In this document: positions 1 through 7,508 of the stretch, one piece after another
Position numbering within the stretch: position 1 is the stretch's first letter
Layout of the letters: every line of letters begins with the position of its first letter
Assembly: GCA_038214755.1 (NCBI GenBank)
Contig: JBBQRQ010000093.1
Span: forward strand, 1-19,836
Length of the DNA: 19,836 nt
From: Verrucomicrobiota bacterium
GTDB taxonomy: Bacteria > Verrucomicrobiota > Verrucomicrobiia > Limisphaerales > CANJXF01
Direction: 5' to 3'
Notes under the pieces: model-generated
What the model was told of the DNA's origin: nothing
What the model saw: only the letters and a program-made list of their open reading frames with translations
The model's database searches: none
Translations under genes and position numbers: made by a program

Positions 1-46
1 AAGAGACGGAGCGCGCGGAGTGACGGGCCGAAGAATGTTTTGCCAT
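1..46 (-). CDS. Possible 5' end of a gene running off the window (MAKHSSARHSARSVS...)
   Basis: Minus-strand ATG at 46-44 with an open frame to the window edge. A weak TGGACT-N17-CACGCT lies 6 nt upstream. Only 15 codons are visible. Confidence 0.3.
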   Translation of the reverse strand, partial: MAKHSSARHSARSVS

Positions 47-58
47 GACCGCAGCGTG

Positions 59-78
59 AAAAACTTTGACGGCAAAGT
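59..78 (-). terminator. Weak candidate intrinsic terminator or palindrome downstream of the thyA-ORF unit
   Basis: Minus strand reads ACTTTG-CCGT-CAAAGT followed by TTTT. The stem is short and AT-rich. Confidence 0.25.
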
Positions 79-153
79 CCAGCACGATCGATCAACTGAC
101 TTCCAATCAGCCGCTTATACCGCCAGAAGAATTTTCCGTGGCCATCACTCGGT

Positions 154-486
154 TCACGGTTTTTGCTGCTCGTTGGAGGCAGCGTTTGTTCCTTGTCTCT
201 TTTCGGAAATTGATTGTCTTCTTCGATTCATTTGTTCTTTGAGCCGAATTCCAGCCCAAATTTCTAAAACTGCCATTATAAGCGACACGATAATTGCAAT
301 CACTCCAAACACTCGATAAGGACGAGAGCTAGAAATCAGCGGGACAATCGCTAGGCAAGCGAGTCCAATGAAAAACGGCAGGTTATCGGGAGGAATAGAA
401 AGAAGAAAACCTGTGAGAATTATTCCAATTACCCAAACGGTCGAGGCGATTCTAACCTCGGATGAAGTGAAATTAGGTTTACGCAT
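154..486 (-). CDS. Small hypothetical membrane protein, about 3 TM helices and a basic C-terminal tail
   Basis: 110-aa ATG ORF starting 3 nt after the thyA stop. Hydrophobic segments: IASTVWVIGIILTGFLLSI, LPFFIGLACLAIVPLIS, VFGVIAIIVSLIMAVLEIWAGI. Confidence 0.7.
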   Translation of the reverse strand: MRKPNFTSSEVRIASTVWVIGIILTGFLLSIPPDNLPFFIGLACLAIVPLISSSRPYRVFGVIAIIVSLIMAVLEIWAGIRLKEQMNRRRQSISEKRQGTNAASNEQQKP

Positions 487-489
487 TAT

Positions 490-1398
490 CTACACAGCAA
501 TCACTGCTTTGATGCTCGGATGCGGGTCGTAGCCCACCAGTTCGAAATCTTCGAACTTGAAGGCGTCGATATTTTTGACTGCCAGATTCAATTTCATTTG
601 CGGCAATGGACGCGGTTCGCGGGCGAGTTGTTCCTTGGCCTGCGAAAGATGATTTGCGTAAAGATGCAAATCGCCAAACGTGTGAACGAAATCGCCGGGC
701 TTCAGTCCGCAAACCTGCGCCACCATCATCGTCAGCAACGCGTAGCTGGCGATGTTGAATGGAACACCCAAAAACAAATCGGCGCTGCGTTGGTAAAGCT
801 GGCAGCTCAATTCGCCATCGCTGACATAAAATTGAAACAGCGCGTGGCACGGTGGCAACGCCATGCTGTCTATGTCGGCAACGTTCCACGCGCTGACGAT
901 TAATCTCCGGCTGTCAGGATTTTTTTTAATTTGATCGATAACTTGCGCAACTTGATCAATGCCGTGAGTGCTCCTTCGTACTCGCGGCCCGGCGGCGGTG
1001 ACGAGGGCGTCATCGCTGGATTCGCCCACGTCAAAAAGGGTCGGCTGATTTGCCGCCGGATCAGCCAATTGACGGGATCGACTTCTTGTTTTCACCCAAT
1101 TGCGCCATTGCTTTCCATAGACGGGGCCCAGGTCGCCTTTTTCGTTCGCCCATTCGTCCCAAATAGTCACTTTGTTTTCCTGCAAATAACGAACGTTTCT
1201 GTCTCCGCGAAGAAACCATAGCAATTCGTAAATGATGGAGCGTAGATGAAGTTTTTTGGTGGTGAGCAGCGGGAAATTATTTTGCAATGGGAAACGGGCT
1301 TGCGCACCGAAAATGGAATATGTTCCGGTGCCCGTGCGGTCGGGTTTGAATTTTCCTTTTTCCAAAACAAGGCGAAGAAGTTCGTGATATTGGAGCAT
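490..1398 (-). CDS. thyA: Thymidylate synthase
   Basis: Motifs [39 protein letters not shown], catalytic LPPCH, YQRSAD, PFNIASY, C-terminal IAV. Start set at ATG 1398 (MLQYHELL) because it matches typical ThyA N-termini. The upstream starts (1419, 1425) fall inside a palindromic repeat. Confidence 0.97.
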   Translation of the reverse strand: MLQYHELLRLVLEKGKFKPDRTGTGTYSIFGAQARFPLQNNFPLLTTKKLHLRSIIYELLWFLRGDRNVRYLQENKVTIWDEWANEKGDLGPVYGKQWRNWVKTRSRSRQLADPAANQPTLFDVGESSDDALVTAAGPRVRRSTHGIDQVAQVIDQIKKNPDSRRLIVSAWNVADIDSMALPPCHALFQFYVSDGELSCQLYQRSADLFLGVPFNIASYALLTMMVAQVCGLKPGDFVHTFGDLHLYANHLSQAKEQLAREPRPLPQMKLNLAVKNIDAFKFEDFELVGYDPHPSIKAVIAV

Positions 1399-1416
1399 GA
1401 GTGAAAATTCGGTTTT

Positions 1417-1521
1417 CATTAACACCCTGCTTTAGCTGGGTGGTTGAAACCGGCTGGAATTAAAACCGTTTCAACGGTTTTGACGAATTGAAAAAATAAG
1501 AAAATGAAAACCGTTAAAACG
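1417..1521. repeat. Palindromic REP/MITE-like element, right side truncated
   Basis: CACCCTGC-TTTA-GCTGGGTG hairpin, perfect AAAACCGTT-TC-AACGGTTTT at 1462-1481, and a partial second copy AAAACCGTTAAAACG at 1507-1521. Confidence 0.7.
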
Positions 1522-1537
1522 CGGATGGTGATTTTGA

Positions 1538-1647
1538 CGTAGCGCAGCTTTGCAAGCTGCCGTATCGCCGATTTGCAACCGGCAGGGCGTCGCGACATCC
1601 CGCAGGTTGCAAGCCTGCGATACGGCAGGTTAAAAACCTGCGCTACG
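1538..1647. repeat. GTAG-type REP/BIME-like composite palindrome
   Basis: Terminal IR CGTAGCGCAG...CTGCGCTACG. Internal hairpins such as GCAGCTT-TGC-AAGCTGC and GCAGGTT-AAA-AACCTGC. Inner IR CTGCCGTATCGC/GCGATACGGCAG. Starts 3 nt after the GT2 stop. Confidence 0.9.
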
Positions 1648-1650
1648 AGG

Positions 1651-4191
1651 TTAGGGAGAAGGGGATTTGTCGGAGGCTTCTGTTTCTCTTATTTTTAAAA
1701 GGCCGCGGCGTTTCGCGACGTCATCCAACGTGACCGCGATAATCCGTTGCAGGTCGCGTTGTTCGCGGGAGAAGAACCAGGCGAGAAGAGGTTGAATCGC
1801 CAGCAGCGCCCAGAGCCACGGCAAGGCGCTGCCCACAAAACCGATCATCAATAATTCGAAACCCAGCGCAGACCAGAAGGCCACTTTCGCGGGGAGCGAC
1901 CACGAGGTGCGCAAACGGCAGCGGAAGATTTGTTCTCCGCCGCGATGGGGTTCGGCCACGCTGGTCAGTTGCAAATTGCTCCAACGATTTCCAAAAATTT
2001 CCAGGTCGAATTCGCTCCAGCCAGTGTCGGTTTTATATTGCCAGCCTTGTTCTTCCAGGCGCGCGACGATACTGCGAATAAAATCGATTCGATCCATCCC
2101 ATGTTCGGCCCAATATTCGACGTGATCGACTGGACCGCCTCTGTCTTTGAGTTGCAGCGATTCCAAAGTTTCGTGAGCGGCCGGCGGTGTCGGTCGATTT
2201 CGCAGACGGCCTTCATAACGCGCCCAGCCGCGCCAGATCGGTTGCAGAAAAAAGAGCAGCGCCACCAGTGGTCGCGACCAGAATCGCCGTTTATTTTTTG
2301 GCAGTTCCGCTTGCGCTCCGGCGGCGACGCAGACGGCAATGGGGAAGAGCGCGCTGGCAATGGCCAACGGGAACAGATGGCGAAAAGGAACGGCCAAAAC
2401 GAAGAGCGGCAAGGTGATGAGCAAATGATATTCGAGCGTGGTGCAGAACATCAACGCGGCCGCCGGTTGAGCGCGATAAAGCGTTTGAAAAAATCCCGTC
2501 GCGAAAATTCCGTGATAGATAATCGGCTTGTTCAAAGTGACGCCGAATTTTGACGCGGTGTAAATTCGACCCTGCCACATGCTGCCGCCGAACAAATTAA
2601 AATATTCGGGATGCCGCCGCACGAGCATCGCTTCGGCTTCGCCATAACCGCGTTGCTGTTTCAAATAACCGGCGATGGTGGATCGTCGATAATGCCAGAC
2701 AAATCCCGCGGGGCTGAAGCCGAGTTTGTAACCGTGCTGTTGCAGCCGCCAGCAAAGGTCAACGTCGTCCCCGGCCTTGTGGTAGATCGAATCGAACCCG
2801 CCGATTTCGTGCAAAGCCCATTGGTAAAACGCCATGTTGCAGCCCGGGATATGTTCAGCCAGACGATCATTCAACATGACGTGGGCCGGGCCGCCCGGAG
2901 AAACTTGAACCGCCGCAGCGACCAGCGAATCTTCGGGCGGAAGAAAATTGTGTCCGCCGATTCCGGCAAATTTGCTGTTCAACAAATCGCCGATTAAATA
3001 ATAGAGCCAGTCTTCGTCAGCGCGGCAATCTGAGTCTGTGAACGCAATGATCTCGCCGGTGGCGGCCGCGATGCCGGTATTTCTCGCGATAGAAAGTCCC
3101 TGGTGCGGCTGGAAAATGTAACGAACATTTTTGTGGAGCGATGTGATTTGCATCGTCGCGTCGGTCGAGCCGTCATCGACCAGGATCACTTCGTAATCCG
3201 GGTAATTGAGGTGTTCGAGAGAATCCAGACACGCGTTCAAAGTGCGCGCCCCATTGTAGCTGGCGACCACGACGGAAACTTTTGGCGCTTGCGGTAACGG
3301 AAAATACGGCGCGGTGGAAAAACTGTTTTGCACGACGAAGAACGACTCTTTTTTTTCGCGCGCGCGTGTCGTGAGTCCCATTCCCCAATCTTCGATCTGT
3401 TTGCCGTCCTTGTGCCAATCATCGGTGAAACTAAAGATCACCGTCCCGGCCAAACCGCTGCGAAAAGCCGTTTCAATTTGCCAATTGAGCATCTCGCACT
3501 TTTGCGCTTCGCCCTCGCGCAATGAATCAATTCCAAATTCTCCGATGAGCAACGGTTTGGTGTCCGCGTGCATCTGCAAACGCGCCAGATAATTTTCCAG
3601 GGGTTTCTGCTGGTGGAGATAAATGTTGAAGCAAACGAAATCCATGTTTTGCGGTCGCAGAAATTCCGTGGGTGGAAAATTGGAAAAGGCGCAGAGACAA
3701 TCGGCGTCGATATCTTTGGCGGCGTCCACGAGAGAATCCAGGAAATTTTCAACCGCGCGCGCGCCGCTCCAACGAACGATGTCAGGAGAGATTTCGTTGA
3801 CGACGCTGTAGGCGAAAACTGCGGGATGCCCGGCGCAAGCTTTGACGGCCTGGCGAACGGAGGCGCAGGCGTCTTGCCTGGATTTTTGCGAATCGAGGAA
3901 ACAAAGATGTTTGCTCCACGGAATATCAATAAAAAGTTTGAATCCATTTTCCTGCGCCAAGTCGAGAAACCAGCGCGGAGGGACAGCGTAAATACGAAGG
4001 ACGTTGGCGCCGAGTTCTCCCATCAAAGCGAAATCTCGCGCGGTGTTTTCCGGCGAGGCAAAAGTCTCGCCATCGCGTCCCGGAGCGAATGGGCCGTAGG
4101 TTACTCCTTTGACGAAGAATTTTTCTTTTCCGAGGCGAAAGAATTTTCCATCGAGCGAAATTCGCAACCGGGTTGTCCTGGGGGAATCCAT
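1651..4191 (-). CDS. Fusion of a GH-A clan (GH2-like) TIM barrel, a family 2 glycosyltransferase and a C-terminal membrane region
   Basis: N-terminus: KFFVKGVTYG, MGELGANVLRIY, acid/base VVNE, nucleophile LIGEFG. GT2 part: KVSVVVASYN, ILVDDGSTD, ARNTG, FTDSDC, GCNM, GDDVDLCWR. Several hydrophobic helices follow. Confidence 0.9.
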   Translation of the reverse strand: MDSPRTTRLRISLDGKFFRLGKEKFFVKGVTYGPFAPGRDGETFASPENTARDFALMGELGANVLRIYAVPPRWFLDLAQENGFKLFIDIPWSKHLCFLDSQKSRQDACASVRQAVKACAGHPAVFAYSVVNEISPDIVRWSGARAVENFLDSLVDAAKDIDADCLCAFSNFPPTEFLRPQNMDFVCFNIYLHQQKPLENYLARLQMHADTKPLLIGEFGIDSLREGEAQKCEMLNWQIETAFRSGLAGTVIFSFTDDWHKDGKQIEDWGMGLTTRAREKKESFFVVQNSFSTAPYFPLPQAPKVSVVVASYNGARTLNACLDSLEHLNYPDYEVILVDDGSTDATMQITSLHKNVRYIFQPHQGLSIARNTGIAAATGEIIAFTDSDCRADEDWLYYLIGDLLNSKFAGIGGHNFLPPEDSLVAAAVQVSPGGPAHVMLNDRLAEHIPGCNMAFYQWALHEIGGFDSIYHKAGDDVDLCWRLQQHGYKLGFSPAGFVWHYRRSTIAGYLKQQRGYGEAEAMLVRRHPEYFNLFGGSMWQGRIYTASKFGVTLNKPIIYHGIFATGFFQTLYRAQPAAALMFCTTLEYHLLITLPLFVLAVPFRHLFPLAIASALFPIAVCVAAGAQAELPKNKRRFWSRPLVALLFFLQPIWRGWARYEGRLRNRPTPPAAHETLESLQLKDRGGPVDHVEYWAEHGMDRIDFIRSIVARLEEQGWQYKTDTGWSEFDLEIFGNRWSNLQLTSVAEPHRGGEQIFRCRLRTSWSLPAKVAFWSALGFELLMIGFVGSALPWLWALLAIQPLLAWFFSREQRDLQRIIAVTLDDVAKRRGLLKIRETEASDKSPSP

Positions 4192-4243
4192 GGAAAATTT
4201 AGACGGGCAGGGCGGGGGTCTGACTCATCATCTTAATTTTTCT

Positions 4244-4414
4244 GGGTAGCATCTGCCTCCGGCGGGTGCGAAAAGTTTTTTTATTTCGATGTTCGATGTT
4301 GGGTGTTCGATGTTCAATGTTCGATGGGGGTTTAATTTTGGAAAATCGAACATCCAACATCGAACGCTGAACATCGAATAACGTTTTCGCACCCGCCAGA
4401 GGCAGATGCTACCC
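4244..4414. repeat. Long inverted-repeat element with GTAG/CTAC ends enclosing inverted heptamer tandem arrays
   Basis: 31-bp arms GGGTAGCATCTGCCTC(C/T)GGCGGGTGCGAAAA with 30/31 identity. Inside are ~6 TCGATGT-type heptamers (~4286-4327), then the complementary ACATCGA-type array (~4346-4379). Confidence 0.9.
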
Positions 4415-4426
4415 TCGCAGAATCCG

Positions 4427-5986
4427 TCATCTCACCTCCAACGAGAGATGATTTCTTTCCAGACTTGTTCCTTCGTTGAACGCGAGTTGGGCGAGGGCTT
4501 TGTTGTAATCGGCCAGGGCACGAATTTCTTCCGAGCGCGCCGTGGTCAAATCCCGTTGAAGTTGCAGGACGACGAAGCTGGTGCTTTTTCCGTTCTCCAA
4601 TTTTTTTTGCTCGGCGGAGAGGGCGGATTCGGCATAGAGGCGGGCTTGTTTAGTCGCGTCCACACGCTCAAAACTCGTTTGCGCCAACTTCACCGAGTCG
4701 TCGATCTGCACCAGAATATTTTGCTCCAGCTTTTTTAATTGCAACAAGGCTTGAACTTTTTCCGCCTTCGACGCGCGGTAAAGATTGCGCGGTCCGCGAT
4801 TGCTCAGTGGGATGCTGAACAAAACGCCGTAGGAAAATCGCGGATTAGTTTCGTCGCGAATGTCCCGCAGCGCCCCGCCCCAATGACTGTCCAGACCGTT
4901 GCGCCCATAGCTGCCGATTAAATCGAGTTGCGGAAAAAGTTGATTGCGTTCGTAGCGCAGCACGATGTCGCGCCGCTGAATATCCACCCGCGATTGCAAC
5001 AGGTCAGGCCGTTGCGTCATTCCTTTTCCCCAACTTTCCATCAAGTCAAATTTTTCGGGGACGGCGAGCAATTTCTCGATCGGCTGAATGTCCACGTCGT
5101 GCCACCGTTTGTAATCGTCGGTGATCAAATTTTTCAAAACATTCTCCTGCGCTTCCAGGTTGGCGCGGGCGCTCAACAAATCCGCGCTGCTCCCCGCCGC
5201 TTGGGCCGCGGCTTGTTTCTCATCGAGCGGGGCCAGCGCGCCCACTTCCACGCGACGTTTATTTTCGGAGAGCAGACGCTCCGCCAGTTCGAGCGCCGTT
5301 TCCTGCACGCGCACGTTCTCGATGGCAAAAATTAAATCGTAATAAGCGCGCTCCACCAGATTGGCCACATTCATAATTTGCTGGCGAACGCCCAGCTCGG
5401 TGATTTGCAACGTTTTCCGGTCCACCCAGATTTGCTGGCGCGTGTTATCGACCCAGAAATTTTTGAGCAACGGTTGAGCGAGATTGACCCCGATAGTTGG
5501 GTTGTATTGAAAGCCGCGATTTTCCGTTTGGATATTATTGTTGGTCGTGATGAGCACGCCATTGGTCGCGAAGGTGGTGTTGACAAAAGCGCGGGTTCCG
5601 CTGCTGCGATTCAACAAATCTCCGCTGATGTCGTACTTGAGTCCGCTGGGCAAAACGCCGGACAAACCGGGTTGGAGAGATTCGACATAAGTTTCGTTGC
5701 CGGGAATCGTCAGCCCGGTGCGCGAATCAAATCCGCCCGGCGACGAATTAAATCTTTGTTCGAGTTGCACGCTGAACGTTGGATCATACGCGCCGTAAAG
5801 ACCGCTTAAATTAAAGCGGGCAATTTGCGGATTCACCCGCTCGATTTGCACATCGAGGTTGTGTTGCAAGGCGAGTTGAATGGCTTCCTCCAGCGCGAGT
5901 GGGCGAACTTTGTTTGTTTCTGTCACAGCGTTCGCGGTCAAAGAAAAAACCAGAGGCGCAAGCAAAATAGGATTTCTCAAATTCAT
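4427..5986 (-). CDS. TolC-family outer membrane channel protein
   Basis: Signal peptide MNLRNPILLAPLVFSLTANA. Motifs LEEAIQLALQHNLDV, LAQPLLKNF, VERAYYDL, FSIPLSNR, AEQKKLENGKSTSFVVLQLQRDL. Start moved to ATG 5986 because the 6256 extension overlaps a plus-strand gene. Confidence 0.92.
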   Translation of the reverse strand: MNLRNPILLAPLVFSLTANAVTETNKVRPLALEEAIQLALQHNLDVQIERVNPQIARFNLSGLYGAYDPTFSVQLEQRFNSSPGGFDSRTGLTIPGNETYVESLQPGLSGVLPSGLKYDISGDLLNRSSGTRAFVNTTFATNGVLITTNNNIQTENRGFQYNPTIGVNLAQPLLKNFWVDNTRQQIWVDRKTLQITELGVRQQIMNVANLVERAYYDLIFAIENVRVQETALELAERLLSENKRRVEVGALAPLDEKQAAAQAAGSSADLLSARANLEAQENVLKNLITDDYKRWHDVDIQPIEKLLAVPEKFDLMESWGKGMTQRPDLLQSRVDIQRRDIVLRYERNQLFPQLDLIGSYGRNGLDSHWGGALRDIRDETNPRFSYGVLFSIPLSNRGPRNLYRASKAEKVQALLQLKKLEQNILVQIDDSVKLAQTSFERVDATKQARLYAESALSAEQKKLENGKSTSFVVLQLQRDLTTARSEEIRALADYNKALAQLAFNEGTSLERNHLSLEVR

Positions 5987-6097
5987 CAGGCCGGTGAGAT
6001 TGCTTAAGTTCAAATGGTTCGTCAACTTTGGAGGAAGGCGGATCGTGGGGGCCAACCGGGAAAAAATTCGTTCCTCTGTCGCGCAAGAAAATCTGAA

Positions 6098-6334
6098 ATG
6101 AGTTCGCGGCATCAAAACGAAACTAAATTTGGTCGTTGGGAGGATTTGCCCGGCGGCGGACGGTGTTATCGTCTGGACGTGACCGCGTGATTCGGTTGGC
6201 AGGCGCGTTATTTGAAAGAAGTGGATACCGATGAAACCACCGTGCGTTTCTGGCAAGAGATTTATGACGACACGGGCAAGCTAGTTGAAACTCACGAGAA
6301 ATTCCCGGTGGATAAAGGCCACCAGAAAATGTAG
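6098..6334 (+). pseudogene. Small toxin-like gene with one in-frame TGA (absent from the ORF track)
   Basis: Translates as MSSRHQNETKFGRWEDLPGGGRCYRLDVTA*FGWQARYLKEVDTDETTVRFWQEIYDDTGKLVETHEKFPVDKGHQKM. TGA is at 6188-6190, both halves share one frame, and the gene ends 9 nt before the next ATG. Confidence 0.75.
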
Positions 6335-6343
6335 GATGCAGCC

Positions 6344-6604
6344 ATGACGATCACGAAACAAACCGTTGCCGACAAAATCGCCGCGTATCTTCATCACGAG
6401 ATCACGTCGGCGCAGTTGGTGGATTGGGCGGAACGCGCCTTGATGGACGGCGAGCTTGCCGAATGCGATGCCCAGACGATTTCATCCGTCATCGCCCGCC
6501 TCGGTGTGGCGGATGTTCGCGCCTTCGGCCTTGCCTGGGACGATTGCGAGGCGCTTCTTCATCAACTCGGTTTTTCTCCGCGCGTGGAAGTGGTCGCGAT
6601 GTAA
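6344..6604 (+). CDS. Small acidic helical protein, candidate antitoxin or immunity partner of the upstream gene
   Basis: 86-aa ATG ORF with AGGA upstream. Sequence features ITKQTVADKIAAYL, LVDWAE, FGLAWDDC. Confidence 0.8.
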   Translation: MTITKQTVADKIAAYLHHEITSAQLVDWAERALMDGELAECDAQTISSVIARLGVADVRAFGLAWDDCEALLHQLGFSPRVEVVAM

Positions 6605-6673
6605 ATCGCCACGACCTTTCGCACCATCGTCGCCATGATTTCGAGCAACATTGCCCCGTCAGATTTTAAACGG

Positions 6674-6702
6674 TTGTCAAAGCGCGGCGGCGAAATTAAA
6701 TT
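6674..6702 (+). promoter_or_regulatory. Sigma70-type promoter, probably giving a leaderless mRNA for the TA operon
   Basis: TTGTCA(6674-6679)-N17-TAAATT(6697-6702), then 6 nt to ATG 6709. No Shine-Dalgarno sequence. Confidence 0.65.
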
Positions 6703-6708
6703 CCCAAC

Positions 6709-6897
6709 ATGAGCCAGGCAGAAATTATTTCTGAAATTCCCAAGCTGTCGCGCACAGCGCGGCGGGAAATAATGCGCTGCATCGTTGAATCAGAGGAAGA
6801 CGCCACGACGCTCGTTGAATGTGACCGTCTGGCGCTGGAGCGATTCCAAATGCTCGACGCCATGGAAGCCGAAGATGAAAAGAACGCTGCCCGGTGA
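6709..6897 (+). CDS. Putative type II antitoxin
   Basis: 62 aa with an acidic C-terminal half. Lies upstream of the MazF-like gene and overlaps it by 23 nt. Confidence 0.75.
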   Translation: MSQAEIISEIPKLSRTARREIMRCIVESEEDATTLVECDRLALERFQMLDAMEAEDEKNAAR

Positions 6898-7195
6898 AAT
6901 TTGGCGCGTTGATTTCGGCATGGCGGCCAAAGTCCGGCCCGCGCTCATTCTGAGCGATTTTCCCGACGACGACGAATTGGCTTTGCTGGTCGTCATTCCA
7001 CACACCACCTCCGTGCGCGGAAACCGTTGGGAACTTACCATCGCCAAACCGTTTCTAAAACCCGGCGCATTTCATCTCCAACAAATCCAACCCATTTCAC
7101 TGGCGCACTTTGATGTCCACCTCGGCGTTTTGACGCCGGAGGAATTCAAAAAAGTGAAAGCAACATTGGTTCGATTGCTGAATTTACAAGTTTGA
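6875..7195 (+). CDS. MazF/PemK family toxin (endoribonuclease)
   Basis: From ATG 6875: PGEIWRVDFG, KVRPALILS, LLVVIPHTTS, LQQIQPIS, LGVLTPEEFKKVK. 106 aa. Confidence 0.92.
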   Translation: MKRTLPGEIWRVDFGMAAKVRPALILSDFPDDDELALLVVIPHTTSVRGNRWELTIAKPFLKPGAFHLQQIQPISLAHFDVHLGVLTPEEFKKVKATLVRLLNLQV

Positions 7196-7201
7196 GCAGC
7201 G

Positions 7202-7305
7202 CGCCGTTTTCCTTAAAATTTTTCTATTCCGTTGAAGGCGAGCGCGTCATTGTCTTTCGCATTTTGCACGCGAAGCGGGAACATCAACGGCAACTGGGTG
7301 TTTGA
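7202..7305 (+). pseudogene. C-terminal remnant of a ParE/RelE family toxin
   Basis: RRF(P), then a 1-nt frameshift, then KFFYSVEGERVIVFRILHAKREHQRQLGV*. This matches the RelE/ParE C-terminal pattern (RFPYxxFY...VxVxRxLHxxR). No 5' part is present. Confidence 0.7.
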
Positions 7306-7494
7306 TTTGTCGCATTGGCGGGGAGAGGGATCATTCCATTGTCAGAAAATTGTCCACAAGTTCTTTCGGTGGGGCGGGGAGGCGAGAAGTTCAGAAATGT
7401 TACCGAGTTAGGAACTGACCCGTTGCCGGTAGTGTGGTATGAAAACTTAGGAAACTGTGACAAAATTTTGGTATTCTCACAAGATTTCACAGAC

Positions 7495-7500
7495 TAGAAT
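7495..7500 (+). promoter_or_regulatory. Candidate -10 box of a leaderless nurA-herA transcript
   Basis: TAGAAT lies 8 nt before ATG 7509. No SD sequence and no good -35. Confidence 0.4.
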
Positions 7501-7508
7501 CGCCGACG

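Noticed and set aside
154..486. folA downstream of thyA
   Set aside because: The ORF is a hydrophobic membrane protein with no DHFR motifs.
4286..4379. Heptamer arrays as a CRISPR
   Set aside because: The units are 7 bp with no unique spacers, and there are no cas genes.
6188..6190. In-frame TGA read as selenocysteine or recoded Trp/Gly
   Set aside because: TGA is the normal stop of several intact genes here, there is no redox-motif context, and I saw no clear SECIS hairpin. A nonsense mutation or sequencing error is simpler.
5987..6256. N-terminal extension of the TolC ORF
   Set aside because: It precedes the signal peptide and overlaps the plus-strand pseudogene.
6604..6660. Possible micro-remnant of a second MazF (TIVAMISSN)
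   Set aside because: It resembles a MazF beta-strand but covers about 10 codons, which is too short to support.
6785..6874. N-terminal extension of the MazF ORF
   Set aside because: It overlaps the antitoxin. MazF similarity begins at ATG 6875.
7456..7481. CRP/FNR site (TGTGA...TCACA)
   Set aside because: The spacer is 16 nt rather than the 6 nt required.
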